From: an uncultured delta proteobacterium
Lineage (GTDB): Bacteria > Desulfobacterota > Binatia > UBA9968
Reading direction: 5' to 3'
Assembly: GCA_963847445.1 (NCBI GenBank)
Contig: CAWJZV010000045.1
Coordinates: 168,525-232,524, forward strand
Length of the DNA: 64,000 bases
In this document: positions 16,565-28,045 of the stretch, in pieces
Layout of the letters: each line of letters opens with the position of its first letter
Numbering within the stretch: the stretch's first letter is position 1
Program-made: the position numbers and the translations under genes
Notes under the pieces: generated by a model
Told to the model about the DNA's origin: nothing
Database searches by the model: none
What the model saw: the letters and a program-made list of their open reading frames with translations, nothing else

Positions 16565-18332
16565 GTGATTAAGATCAACCAACTATCTAAGTCGTATTTC
16601 GCGCGCGAGCTGTTCACTGAAGTTACCTTTCAGATGAATGCTGGCGACCGGTTGGGCCTGGTCGGGCGCAACGGTCACGGCAAGTCGACGCTGTTCAAAC
16701 TTATTTTGGGCGAGGAAGAGCTCGATTCCGGCGATATCACCATCCCGCGCAACTATCGGATTGGCCATCTCGAACAGCATCTACACTTTACTCAACGGAC
16801 GATTCTGGATGAAGCCGTATTAGGTCTGCCGGAAGAAGAAGCCCATTCGATCTACAAGGCCGAAGCGATTCTGTTTGGACTGGGGTTTTCCCAGACCGAT
16901 CTGGAAAAAGCGCCGGGCGAGTTTTCCGGCGGCTTTCAAATTCGCATCAACCTGGCGAAACTCCTGCTCTCCGATCCCAACCTGCTTCTGCTCGACGAAC
17001 CGACCAACTACTTGGACATCACCTCGGTGCGATGGATCGCCAAGTTTCTGACCAATTTCAAGGGCGAGCTGATTTTGATCTCCCATGATCGCGACTTCAT
17101 GGACAGCGTCACGACCCACACGGCGGTGATCCATCGGCAAAAGATTCGCAAATTCGAAGGCGGCACGGCCAAGGCTTACGCGCAGATCGTCCTCGAGGAC
17201 GAGATCCATGAGAAGACCCGGGCCAACGAAGACCGCAAACGGGCTCACGCCGAGGCGTTCATCAATCGTTTCCGCGCCCAGGCGTCCAAGGCCAAGATGG
17301 TCCAGTCGCGCATCAAGATGCTCGAGCGGCTGCCCAAGCTCGACGACCTTGCTGAGATCGAGTCGTTGGATTTTGAATTTCGCTATGCCCCGTTCGCCGC
17401 GAAAACTTTTCTTGAAGCGCGCGATATCTCGTTCGGCTACACGAACGACAATCTGTTGTTTAAGGACATCAACCTGTCCATCAACGCCCGCGACCGCATC
17501 GGTGTGATCGGCAACAACGGCAAAGGGAAGTCGACGCTGTTAAATGTTCTGTCCGGCGGGCTCACACCGCTGACAGGCGAAATCAAAACTCACCCCGATC
17601 TGAAGCCGGGCTTCTTCGGCCAGACCAACATACAACGGCTCGATCCCAAGCTGACCATCGAACAAGAAATCGCAAACGCCAACCCGGCACTGACGCGCAC
17701 GCAGGTGCGCAACATTTGCGGCACGATGATGTTCGGCGGCGACCTGGCGCTGAAGAAAGTGACGGTGCTCTCGGGCGGCGAGAAAAGCCGCACGCTGTTG
17801 GGCAAGATTCTCGCTCATCCGTCCAATCTGCTTTTGCTCGACGAACCCAACAACCATCTCGACATGGAGTCCATCGACGCTTTGATCGAGAGCCTGCAAG
17901 ATTTTCCCGGAGCATTTCTGATCGTCACCCACAACGAAGGCATCCTGCGCGCCCTGGCGACCAAACTGATCGTCTTTCACCGCGGCAAAGTCGATGTCTT
18001 CGATACCAGTTACGACGAGTTTCTCGAAAAAATCGGTTGGGAGGACGAGGAGCCAGGGCAACGGCAAGGCCAACGGCGTCCAGAAGAAACCGACGACGCG
18101 AATCCATCACGACGAGAAAAAAGAACGGGCAAAGGTCGAGCGCAAGGAAAAAGCCCGCATCGAAAAGCTCGAAGCGCAGATCATCAAGAACGAAACCGCA
18201 TTGAAGAAATACAACGAGCAACTCGTGCTCGAAGCCAATCGCAATAATCTTGGGCAAATGCGCGAACTGTCGGTGAAAATCAGTCAGGTGAAGCGGGAAA
18301 TCGATGATTTGTATGGCCAGTATGCGGAGTAG
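16565..18332 (+). CDS. ABC-F family ATPase (frameshift near 18060)
   Basis: Two ABC domains (GRNGHGKS, FSGG, LLDEPTN; GNNGKGKS, LSGGE), no TM; coiled-coil tail in ORF 17994..18332. Confidence 0.92.
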
Positions 18333-18974
18333 AGGCCGCATCATTGGACGAGATAAAGCCCGTCAAGAATGAAGGTATGCTGAAGCATCCCTGTTTAGTT
18401 TTAGCCGATGCCGGCGGCTTAAAATCTTTCCATTCTGCCGGCCAGTTCCAAAAACCTCCGGATCGAATGAAACGTGCCCGTGTGAAATTTGCGTAACTTG
18501 ACTCGCGCCAACCTTTGCGGGATAAAAACTTTTGCGTAGGCGGTAATCGGCATCATGTACGTAGCGACGATGATCGCCCGCTTCGTCTCAATCTAAATTT
18601 GCTCTGACCAGCCGGAACTAGCCGCGCAACTGCAGAAACCCGGGTGTAGATCCGAGGTGAAAACTACGGCGATAGAAACCCTTGGAAATAACCAATGATT
18701 GCGCGCAAGGATCGTTCGGACAGCGCGACATCAACACGGCGGCGGGCGCCACGCATGAATTGATTTGCCGTGGTCGAGGTTGTCAAATTCCAGCGTTAGA
18801 TTTCTTAGGGATAGATTGCCGGTCAATAGTGGGATACGGCGCCACGCCGGCAGAAATTGCCGGAAAACCTGGCTTGAGTTTCAATTCGGCGGTGAGTGAA
18901 ACGGTGCGACAAGTTCCTGGCAAGATCTGTTGGTCAGTCCAAACCACTGCGCAACAAACTAGGAGGAATCAATC

Positions 18975-19598
18975 ATGAGCACATCGTTCAAGTACAATAG
19001 ACTATCGAAAGATGACGCTGCTTGTCTGCTGGTCGACCACCAGGCCGGTCTGATCTCGCTGGTGCAGGATTTCTCGCCGGGCGAGTTCAAGAACAATGTC
19101 CTGGCGCTGGCGGCCAGTGCGCACTATTTCAAGCTACCCACGATCCTGACTACCAGTTTCGAGAACGGCCCCAACGGGCCGCTGGTGCCGGAACTAAAGG
19201 AAATGTTCCCGGACGCGCCTTACATCGCGCGGCCCGGCAACATTAACGCCTGGGACAACCAGGATTTTGTCGACGCGGTGAAGAAGACCGGGCGCAATCA
19301 ACTCATCATCGCCGGCGTGGTCACCGAGGTCTGTGTCGCCTTTCCGGCGCTTTCCGCCATCGAAGCGGGCTACGAGGTGTTCGTGGTCACCGATGCCTCG
19401 GGCACGTTCAACGACGTGACCCGTCACGCCGCCTGGGCGCGAATGGCGTCGGCAGGGGCGCAAATGATGAGTTGGTTTGGGGTGGCTTGCGAGCTGCACC
19501 GCGACTGGCGCAATGACATCGAGGGCCTCGGCGCGCTCTTCTCCAGTTACATTCCAAACTACCGGAATCTGATCACCAGCTATCTCGCCAAGAAGTAG
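18975..19598 (+). CDS. ycaC: YcaC-like isochorismatase family hydrolase
   Basis: LLVDHQAGL, TTSFENGPNGP, GVVTEVCVAFPA. Confidence 0.92.
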   Translation: MSTSFKYNRLSKDDAACLLVDHQAGLISLVQDFSPGEFKNNVLALAASAHYFKLPTILTTSFENGPNGPLVPELKEMFPDAPYIARPGNINAWDNQDFVDAVKKTGRNQLIIAGVVTEVCVAFPALSAIEAGYEVFVVTDASGTFNDVTRHAAWARMASAGAQMMSWFGVACELHRDWRNDIEGLGALFSSYIPNYRNLITSYLAKK

Positions 19599-19645
19599 GG
19601 GTGGCGGGCGCGCGATCCTGCGGATTCCAATTGAAGAGGTGAGCG

Positions 19646-20536
19646 ATGGCGCAATTAAGCGAAAAACCGCCAGTCAAAAAACTGCGCTGCATCCAGCGTA
19701 GCGTCGATCGACATTGGGTCGGCAACGGATTCCCGGTTCGGACGCTGTTCGCCTACCCCAACCTGGGACCGGTGCTCAGTCCGTTCCTTCTACTAGACTA
19801 CGCCGGCCCGAGGGAATTTCCTCCGACCCAAGAGCGCCTCGGCGTCGGCGAGCATCCGCATCGCGGCTTCGAGACCGTGACCATCGTCTACGACGGTGAA
19901 GTGGAACACCGCGACTCGGCGGGCGGCGGCGGCCGCATCGGCCCTGGTGATGTGCAGTGGATGACCGCCGCGGCCGGCATCGTCCACGAAGAATTTCATG
20001 GGCGTGATTTCGCCCGGCGCGGCGGCATGTTTGAAATGGTCCAGCTTTGGGTCAACCTGCCGACCAAGGACAAGATGGCGCCGCCGCGTTACCAGAGTAT
20101 TTTGAATAGTCAGATTCCCGCCGTCAGTTTGCCCGGCGGCCAGGGAACGGTGCGCGTGATCGCCGGTGAGTTCGGCGGAGCCAAGGGGCCGGCCATGACG
20201 TTCACGCCAATCCTGGTTTGGGATCTCCGCTTCGCCACTAACCAACGGACAGATATTACCGTGCCGGATGGTTACACGACCGCGCTCGTAGTGCTCAAAG
20301 GCTCACTGCGTGTGAACGCTACTGAAGCGATCGGGACGGCGGAGGTTGGACTGTTCGACCGCGCCGGCAAGAGCATCGGCATCGAATGCGTAAACGACGC
20401 CACCGCTTTACTGCTGTGCGGCGAGCCGATCGACGAGCCGATTGTCGGACAGGGGCCATTCGTTATGAACAGCTCCCAAGAGATTCGCCAGGCGATGGCC
20501 GATTACGCGAGCGGCAAGATGGGTCATCTGTCATGA
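19646..20536 (+). CDS. Pirin family protein
   Basis: HPHRGFETVT, QWMTAAAGIVHEE, GPFVMN. Confidence 0.93.
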   Translation: MAQLSEKPPVKKLRCIQRSVDRHWVGNGFPVRTLFAYPNLGPVLSPFLLLDYAGPREFPPTQERLGVGEHPHRGFETVTIVYDGEVEHRDSAGGGGRIGPGDVQWMTAAAGIVHEEFHGRDFARRGGMFEMVQLWVNLPTKDKMAPPRYQSILNSQIPAVSLPGGQGTVRVIAGEFGGAKGPAMTFTPILVWDLRFATNQRTDITVPDGYTTALVVLKGSLRVNATEAIGTAEVGLFDRAGKSIGIECVNDATALLLCGEPIDEPIVGQGPFVMNSSQEIRQAMADYASGKMGHLS

Positions 20537-20863
20537 CTGAAAGCGTGAAGGGTCGAGATTTTTGCGTTGTACTCACTGCCCGTTTCGCTATGGTAAGTAA
20601 TCAACACTCTTGCCTGTCGCTGGGTTAGCCGCCGATTTTGAAAACTTTCATTCTCGACCGGGCGACAGCCAAGCACTAAAAACTAAAGCATCCAGCAGGA
20701 CCTGATGGAGTGTCCATGCCGAAGCCAATTCGAGCGTAACTGCACTGTATAATCTCTGCTTCATCTGCGAGCTTCTTGAGTGGTGGATTACTGAAGAACG
20801 TAGAGTGATACTTGCCTCGCTCCAGGCTATGGTTGTCTGTTCGGGGAGTTAGCGAGACGCGCC

Positions 20864-22423
20864 ATGAAAAATCGTCAAATCGACGCCGCCTGGGTTTACC
20901 ATAACGGCACCAAACATTCGTATCAAAGCGTCCGGGCCAATCCGCACTATCTGGACTTTGACAACCAGCCGGTTTCTTTCAAAATTTACTCCGAGTTAGA
21001 GCCGATCGCTCTACCCCCGCATCTGTCCTCTTCGGGCATGCCATCCCTGGGCGCGATTTCGGCGGTTGCTGCGCGGCGGGATCGTCAAGCCGCTCTCAGC
21101 AAACAGACTCTCGCGGAGATTCTGTTTCTCGGCGCCGGCATCACCAGGCGGCGAAAATATCCGGGTGGAGAAATATTGTTTCGCGCCGCGGCTTGCACCG
21201 GCGCGCTGTATCACGTCGACCTGTATCTTGTCTGCGCCGAGCTCCAAGACATTTCCGCCGGCGTTTACCACTTCAGCCCCCATGACTTCGCGCTGCGCCG
21301 GCTGCGCCAGGGGGATTTCCGCGGCGTCCTGACGCGCGCGAGCGGTGCAGAGCCCTCGGTGGTCGAAGCCCCGGCAGTTTTGCTTTGCGCTTCGACGTTC
21401 TGGCGCAATGCCTGGAAATACCAAGCCCGAGCTTATCGCCACTGTTACTGGGACAACGGCACGATGCTCGCCAATCTTTTGGCGGCTGCGGCGGCGCGCG
21501 CTCTCCCGGCGAAAGTTGTCCTTGGTTTTGTCGATGGCGCGATCAGCGAACTGTTAGGGTTAGATCCCAAACGCGAGGCAGCGCTATCGTTGGTCTCTCT
21601 GGGTTGCGGTGCGGCACAGCCGGGCCTCTCATCGACGCCGCTAGAGCGGCTGGTTTTGCAAACCGAGCCGCTATCCAAGACCGAAGTCGATTACCCGGCC
21701 ATGCGGGCGATGCATGAGGCTTCGTCGTTGGAGAACGAAGACGAGGTGGTTCAGTGGCGTGCCGCGAGCGACAGTCACAGCGGCGCGCAAGAGGATCGAA
21801 GCGCGCACGGCAGCGGCCGACGAGTTTTCCTGCAAGCACCGAGCGATGACGACGTGCCATCCGCAACCATCGAGGACGTAATCGTTCGGCGCGGCTCGAC
21901 GCGCCGGTTTGCCCGCAAGTCGATTACCTTCGGGCAACTTTCCATGCTGCTCGACCGGGCGACCCGAGGCATCCTTGCCGATTTTCTCCAGGCGGGTGAT
22001 TCTCTCAACCGGCTATATTTAATAGTCCATGCGGTGGACGATCTTGCGCCCGGGGCTTACGTCTACCGGCGCGATCTGCATGCGCTGGAGTTGCTCAAGG
22101 AAGGCGACTTTCGCCGTCAAGCGGGCGATCTCGGCTTGGGTCAGGACATTCCAGCGGATTGCAGCGTCAACGTATATTTCTTGGCGGACCTCAACCGAGT
22201 CCTGGACCGTTTCGGCAACCGCGGCTATCGCGCCGCGCAGCTCGAAGCCAGCATCAGCGGCGGCAAACTTTATCTGGCGGCCTACGCCCAAGGCCTGGGC
22301 GCCTCCGGCCTGACCTTTTTCGATGATGACGTGACGGAGTTCTTCTCACCCCACGCGGCGGGCAAGAGCGTAATGTTTTTGATCGCTCTGGGAAAGTCGG
22401 TCAAACGCAAAAGCGAGCTGTAA
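20864..22423 (+). CDS. SagB/ThcOx-type dehydrogenase (tandem nitroreductase domains)
   Basis: YHNGTKHS, RAAACTGALY, WKYQARAYRHCYWDNG; second domain RRGSTRRF...RGYR. Confidence 0.85.
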   Translation: MKNRQIDAAWVYHNGTKHSYQSVRANPHYLDFDNQPVSFKIYSELEPIALPPHLSSSGMPSLGAISAVAARRDRQAALSKQTLAEILFLGAGITRRRKYPGGEILFRAAACTGALYHVDLYLVCAELQDISAGVYHFSPHDFALRRLRQGDFRGVLTRASGAEPSVVEAPAVLLCASTFWRNAWKYQARAYRHCYWDNGTMLANLLAAAAARALPAKVVLGFVDGAISELLGLDPKREAALSLVSLGCGAAQPGLSSTPLERLVLQTEPLSKTEVDYPAMRAMHEASSLENEDEVVQWRAASDSHSGAQEDRSAHGSGRRVFLQAPSDDDVPSATIEDVIVRRGSTRRFARKSITFGQLSMLLDRATRGILADFLQAGDSLNRLYLIVHAVDDLAPGAYVYRRDLHALELLKEGDFRRQAGDLGLGQDIPADCSVNVYFLADLNRVLDRFGNRGYRAAQLEASISGGKLYLAAYAQGLGASGLTFFDDDVTEFFSPHAAGKSVMFLIALGKSVKRKSEL

Positions 22424-22636
22424 GGCATCGTGTTGTCCGGCAGCAAAAACACCAATCGTTGCAAGCGATAGGCTGGATGACAATTCTCAAAAACAAAGAT
22501 GCGAACCCTTCGGCCGCGAGCTAAGCAAGGTCTAAGTCTCATCGCAATGACAACTCTCGCAGCGCGATTAGATCGCATCATACGCAGGGCCAATTAAGTT
22601 TAGGCACCGTTGAAATTCTATGAACTTCCCACAGCT

Positions 22637-23653
22637 TCAGCGAAAATAGCGCAGCATCTCGGCGTTATACTTATTGTAAACGGCGCTCGACGCCGGCTTG
22701 ATGACGAAGAGCTTGCGCCCTTGCATGAGCCGCGGCGGATTCGGCAGGACGTCCTTGCGCGCCGGAATGCGGCTCAGTTGACGCATGGAAGTTTGTCCTT
22801 CTTCGGAGAGAATGAAGTCGACGTAAAGCCGCGCCGCGGCGGGATGAGAATTCTTGGCGGTGACGGCGATGCCGATGGGGTAAACGAACCAGGGGTCGAG
22901 GGGCACCCAATCGATCGGCGCGCCGGTTTTTTTGAGCTCTTCGACGCCGGTCGGATACTGCGAGATCAACAAAGGAAACTCGCCGGCCATCATCAGCTGG
23001 TTCATCAGCGAGCTGCCGATCCGCGAGTGAATCTTTTGCTTGCTCAGTGCCTCCATGTATTGCCGCCCCTTGTCCTCGCCCATGGACTGGAGCATGGCGA
23101 AATACCATTCGGTATGGCTGAGGACAAAGCCCATCTTCTCCCGCCACTTCGGCTGCAGCAGCTCCTGGTAACTGTTCGGCACGTCATCGGGTTTCAGCAT
23201 CCGCGAGTTGTACGCCATGGTCACGGCATTCAAATACGTCGCGTGCCAATAACCGTCCTTGTCGCGCAGCGCTTCGATGTAACCGTCGCGCTCGGGGGAT
23301 TGGTACTTGGCCAGCAGTCCTTTCTCCACCAGGTTCATAATCGGAAATACGCTGGATTGATAAACATCGGCTAGGTTGGCGCCGGTGCGCGCTTCAAGCA
23401 GGTAGCGGGTCAAGAGCGCGTCCTTTCCCGAGCTATAGAACTCCATGTTGACGAAAGGATATTTTTTCTCGAAGGCGGCTTCTAGAGCCCTGGCGTCCGA
23501 AGCGTTGGAGGAGACGTAGACCATCACCTTGCCTTCTTTTTTCGCATCCTCGATGAGTTTGGCCCGCTCCTTCGTTTGCGCTGGGCCAATTCCAGGATTC
23601 GCCAAGGCAAGGGCGGTCAGTATGGCTATTGTCACAATGCGATTGATATTCAT
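22637..23653 (-). CDS. ABC transporter substrate-binding protein (Fe3+/thiamine-like, SBP_bac_6)
   Basis: Signal peptide, AKKEGKVMVY, YNSRML, HPAAARLYVDFILSEEGQ. Confidence 0.85.
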   Translation of the reverse strand: MNINRIVTIAILTALALANPGIGPAQTKERAKLIEDAKKEGKVMVYVSSNASDARALEAAFEKKYPFVNMEFYSSGKDALLTRYLLEARTGANLADVYQSSVFPIMNLVEKGLLAKYQSPERDGYIEALRDKDGYWHATYLNAVTMAYNSRMLKPDDVPNSYQELLQPKWREKMGFVLSHTEWYFAMLQSMGEDKGRQYMEALSKQKIHSRIGSSLMNQLMMAGEFPLLISQYPTGVEELKKTGAPIDWVPLDPWFVYPIGIAVTAKNSHPAAARLYVDFILSEEGQTSMRQLSRIPARKDVLPNPPRLMQGRKLFVIKPASSAVYNKYNAEMLRYFR

Positions 23654-24176
23654 GGGGTCCCCTCCGAGCACCGTTAAATTGTCTGATCACCACAGACAGC
23701 TTGCTGGGCTATGCGTAAACTAGGCAAAGCCGCGGCGTTCGTCAATGCGAAAATCGTCAGTGCATTTTCTCCGACACGCAGGTTGGTCCCAGCTCTCCAG
23801 ATCCTTCGGCGACAGCCGCGATCGGCTGATCAACGCCAGCGGCCGCCGGCGATCGCTCTATCGCAAATTCGATTTGACAAGGCCGACTCGGCGCTTGGCG
23901 TAAGACCGGCGGAGGCAATCGAGCGGGCGAAAAAGTTTCTTGCCAATTAGCTTTCACGCGGGAGGCGAAGCCGAACACCGCGTCTCTGCTCGCGGCGGCG
24001 GGTCTACGGTTGCTTAATGACAAATTCTAAGTAGCTTGCACATTGCAGGAACGCGCTGGCATAAAACGTCTGGTCGCTGTGCTCCGACCGGCGCTATAAC
24101 GGTAACAACCCGGTGCGCGTGGCCTGGGCTCACGCGGCTCTTGACCTTCGGTTCGATCCTGCGCTATACAGCGTCG

Positions 24177-24368
24177 ATGCCTATCCAATTCCTACTCCCG
24201 AAGAAGTTCACGCGCGCTCAGGTCGAGTGGCGCATGGACGAGTTGACGCTGCAATTTCAAGGCACGAAAGACAAGAAAATAATCGCCCGGATTGCCGCAC
24301 TCAACCGCGTACTCGCCAAAATAGATGTCCAGGGTTCGGCATCTTCCCAACCCAGGAATCGACAGTAG
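24177..24368 (+). CDS. Small hypothetical protein (63 aa), probably leaderless
   Basis: TTGACC-18-TATACA promoter 6 nt before ATG; helical ...TRAQVEWRMDELTLQFQGTKDKKII... Confidence 0.5.
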   Translation: MPIQFLLPKKFTRAQVEWRMDELTLQFQGTKDKKIIARIAALNRVLAKIDVQGSASSQPRNRQ

Positions 24369-24597
24369 CCTGCCTGATTAACTCTTGATTTTGTCGCTTC
24401 GCGTCGCTTTACTGAGCTGCATAGAAAGCCGGGACGATCCGAACGACTGCGCTTTTTCTGGCACCACAGCGACTTGAATCGCGCTGCAGGTTATTCAGTT
24501 ATGCGGTTAGGTTTGCCTTGCGGAGTTCACCTTGCGGCAGTTGACCTAAATGCCTTAGAGTCAGAGAGGGTAGAAACATCTCTTGCTGGAGGATTCT

Positions 24598-26508
24598 ATG
24601 CCCGCGTCCCTCGAGCATATCGGCGCTAACACCCCAATGGGCGCGAACCTGATCGGCGACGGCGCGACATTTCGCGTCTGGGCTCCCCATGCGAGTTCGG
24701 TGCATGTGATTGGCGATTTCAACAATCGGCAGCGTAATGCCAACAGTTTGCTGACACGGGATCACCAGGGTCATTGGCGTGGATTTATCCCCGGCGTTGA
24801 GGACCGCCAGCGTTACATGTTTTATGTGGTTGGCGAAGGCGGCGAGGGCCCGAAACGCGATCCCTATGCCCGCGAGCTCCAGACGCCTTTCCCGAGCGAG
24901 TGCGTCATTCGCAGAACCGACTTTCCCTGGCACGAAAGCGGTTACGCCACTCCAAAGTTTCATGATTTCGTGATCTACCAGCTCCATGTCGGCACATTTT
25001 TCACACCGAATCTGCCGCAAAAAGCCGGAACCTTTCTCGATGTCGCGAGAAAGATCCCGTACCTTGCTGATCTCGGCGTCACTGCGATCCAGCTGATGCC
25101 GATCCAGGAGTTCCAAACCGAGTTTAGCCTGGGCTACAACGGCACCGATTACTTCTCCCCGGAAATGGATTTGGCCGTCGAAGACGGCGACCTCGCGCCC
25201 TATGCGGCGGAGGTCAATCGGCTGCTCGATGCCAAGGGATTGCAGCGCTATCAAGTTGACGAGCTACGCGGTGAAATGAACCAGCTCAAGGCGCTGGTGG
25301 ATCTTTGCCACGTCTACGGACTCGCGGTCATACTGGATGTGGTCTATAACCATGCGGGCGGCGACTTCGGCGATCAAAGCCTTTACTTCTTCGACCGGCA
25401 GCCAAGCCAGGGCGGCAACCGCAATTCCCTTTACTTTACCGATAAAGGCCATGCCGGCGGCCTCGTGTTCGACTACGAAAAACCCGAGGTGCGCGAGTTT
25501 CTGATTCAAAACGCCAAGTTTTTTCTCGATGAATACCGCGTAGACGGTCTGCGCTACGACCAAGTGAGCGTTATCGATCATGACGGCGCGCCCCAGGGTT
25601 GGCGCTTTTGCCAGGATCTCACCTCGACGTTGCGCTTTCACAAACCGGCGGTGTTTGACAAGGCGGAATATTGGAACGTCAACCCCTATATCGTAAAGCA
25701 CCCGCCCGAGGGTGCGGGTTTCGATACCACGCTTACCGACGGACTGCGCATCGCTATCCGCGATGTTATCGGCAGTGCCAGCGCTCCCGATGACCGCCCG
25801 CTCGCTATGACCCGCCTGGCTCAGAGTTTGTGGCCGGAAGGTTTCGCCGAGCATTGGCAATTTGTCCAGGGACCGGAAAACCATGACATCGTATACCACG
25901 GCCGCGAACGGCGCGTCGCGCGACTGGGAGATCCGAGTAATCCTCGTTCCTGGTTTGGCCGCAGCCGGGCGCGCGTTGCCACGGGCATTAGCCTGACAGC
26001 TCCTGGCATCCCAATGTTATTTATGGGGCAGGAGTTTATCGAGGATAAACAGTGGTCCGATAATTTCGAGTTTCACCAGAACCTGCTGTTGCACTGGGCG
26101 GGAGTGGATTCGGGTGACAAGCAGATGCTCGATCACTTACGTTTCACTCGGGAACTAGTGAAGCTTCGCTGGCGCTTCCCCGGTCTTCGCGGCCAAGGAT
26201 TCCGCGTGGTTCATGGGCACGACCAAAACCGGGTGCTGGCGTTTCACCGTTGGCTGGAGGGCGAAGGTCGCGACGTGATCGTGGTTATCCACCTCGCGAA
26301 CCATAATCGCTTCGACTATCGCATCGGTTTCCCGGCCCAGGGTGAATGGCGCGAGGTTTTCAACAGCGATGTTTACGAAAACTGGGTTAACCCCGGAACA
26401 GTGGGCAACGGCGGACGCGTCCGCGCCGAGCCCCAACCGATGCACGATTTTGCCCACTCAGCAGCTCTAGTATTACCGGCGAACAGCCTTTTGGTGTTCG
26501 CGCGCTGA
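24598..26508 (+). CDS. GH13 alpha-amylase family / 1,4-alpha-glucan branching enzyme-like
   Basis: FRVWAP CBM48, IYQLHVGTF, DVVYNH, DGLRYD, ENHD, PMLFMGQEF. Confidence 0.9.
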   Translation: MPASLEHIGANTPMGANLIGDGATFRVWAPHASSVHVIGDFNNRQRNANSLLTRDHQGHWRGFIPGVEDRQRYMFYVVGEGGEGPKRDPYARELQTPFPSECVIRRTDFPWHESGYATPKFHDFVIYQLHVGTFFTPNLPQKAGTFLDVARKIPYLADLGVTAIQLMPIQEFQTEFSLGYNGTDYFSPEMDLAVEDGDLAPYAAEVNRLLDAKGLQRYQVDELRGEMNQLKALVDLCHVYGLAVILDVVYNHAGGDFGDQSLYFFDRQPSQGGNRNSLYFTDKGHAGGLVFDYEKPEVREFLIQNAKFFLDEYRVDGLRYDQVSVIDHDGAPQGWRFCQDLTSTLRFHKPAVFDKAEYWNVNPYIVKHPPEGAGFDTTLTDGLRIAIRDVIGSASAPDDRPLAMTRLAQSLWPEGFAEHWQFVQGPENHDIVYHGRERRVARLGDPSNPRSWFGRSRARVATGISLTAPGIPMLFMGQEFIEDKQWSDNFEFHQNLLLHWAGVDSGDKQMLDHLRFTRELVKLRWRFPGLRGQGFRVVHGHDQNRVLAFHRWLEGEGRDVIVVIHLANHNRFDYRIGFPAQGEWREVFNSDVYENWVNPGTVGNGGRVRAEPQPMHDFAHSAALVLPANSLLVFAR

Positions 26509-26717
26509 CCTGCCCGGTTAAAGCGATGGGTTGTGACCGGAATCGTTATTAATTTTTGCCATTGAACTTCGCGAGGCCTGTGAGCAAGCGGCCAAGTGTG
26601 GAGACCGATTCAGTCGAAGATGACTTCGGCGCTATCGCGGTTGGGGGTGCGGATACGCAGAGATGCCGAAGATTGTAATGACTGATATATCCGAACCCGA
26701 TCGTCCCCTTAAGTAAG

Positions 26718-26927
26718 CTAGTCGTCCAGGCGAAAGCCCAATTTGATCGTCACCTGCCAGTAGTCGACTTTATTGTCGGCGACGTAACCGCGGGTATCGA
26801 CGACTTGAAACCAGTGAATGTTGTGAAGCGTCTTGCCGGCTTTGGCGATGGCGTTTTGAATCGCCGCTTCCATGGAATCGTGGGAAGAGCCCGTGAGTTC
26901 GACTTGCTTGTAAGTATGATCATCCAT
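26718..26927 (-). CDS. Dodecin (flavin-binding)
   Basis: YKQVELTGSS...WFQV...WQVTIKLGFRL. Confidence 0.93.
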   Translation of the reverse strand: MDDHTYKQVELTGSSHDSMEAAIQNAIAKAGKTLHNIHWFQVVDTRGYVADNKVDYWQVTIKLGFRLDD

Positions 26928-26997
26928 TGGAGCCTCCCTTAAATGTAAAGTTGCTGGTTAAGTTCAACCACGACCGTCTGCTAGTAATTATTCAAGC

Positions 26998-27772
26998 ATG
27001 AAAAAATGTCGAGTCAAGTTTAAAGAATAAATTGTCGCGAGCTTGCTGTTAGCGACGATTCCCAGCGGACCGGCCACGGCGGGCGCGCGCGGCTTGCCGC
27101 TGAAAGTTATTTGCTTCACTTCAGTGAAACTCCAGCAGTGTTGGTGAGCCGGCCGGAAATCCTGGCGGTGAGCGATCTCGCCGGCAAAAGGATCGGCGCC
27201 GGGAGTCTTGGCACTCTGCTGGCCTATGAGGTTCGGGTGCTTATCGAGAAATATCATTTAGGCGCGAATACCATTATCGTCCCATTAAACTCGACCAACG
27301 ATCGGATGATTGCCACGCAACGTGGGGCCATCGATGCAACCGAGGTGCCTGTGCCGTCCGATTTGAAAACCGAAGAGCTGGGATTGAAACGGCTGCTGCG
27401 GATGGTTTCGATCCTGCCGATTCCACAAGCTGGTTTCGCCACCACCGAAGAAAAAATCAAGACCGGACGCCAGAAAATTTCGAACTCCTCAAGGCGACGA
27501 TCGAAGGCCTCGATTTCACTTGGACTCAACGCGAGGGGACCATCGATATCATCGCCAAGTGGATGAAGCTCAATCCATTGCAGGCGGCCAAGACGTATGA
27601 CTCCGTGCGCGACACGTTCTCAAAAATCGGCGTGCTCACGGAGGAGCAGGCGAAAGCTTACATCGCAATGTTCAGCTCGACGACGAGTTTGAAGGGAGAT
27701 CTTGCCGCCGCATCGATCTTCGATTTCTCGCTGGCCGCGGAGGCGGCCAAAGAAATGGCGCAGAAAAAATAA
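26998..27772 (+). pseudogene. Degraded NMT1/SsuA-type ABC substrate-binding protein
   Basis: Fragments DLAGKRIG, TQRGAIDA, IFDFSLA in different frames; also an apparent internal deletion after the signal peptide. Confidence 0.6.
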
Positions 27773-28045
27773 TCCGAAGAGGATGGCAGTTGTTACTCGC
27801 GTCTGACGGGAACAACCGCTATGCATTGCGCGTCGGCGAACCAACCAAGCGTGACTAGTGCGGCGCTGATGCACTCGCAGCCATCTCCTCTGGTCGCCGG
27901 AGAATAGTCAATACTCATGCCCTTCGGCTTGTCCCATCCTTGCCGAACGGTCGCCGGCGTATGACGCCGCCTTGACAAGCCGCCCGCCCTTCGGTAGCTC
28001 AACTTCATATTCGTACTAACTCGAGTCGGCGCACAGGGAGGAATC

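Noticed and set aside
20609-20673. Long imperfect hairpin CTTGCCTGTCGC...GCGACAGCCAAG after pirin
   Set aside because: No recognisable RNA family; could be a simple terminator or stabiliser, so not called.
20864-22423. RiPP (azole) biosynthetic cluster
   Set aside because: SagB-like gene stands alone; no YcaO or precursor peptide nearby.
22610-23374. Long antisense ORFs (also 28016..29005, 33192..34028, 49350..50285, 5387..6211)
   Set aside because: Shadow frames opposite well-supported genes in GC-rich DNA.
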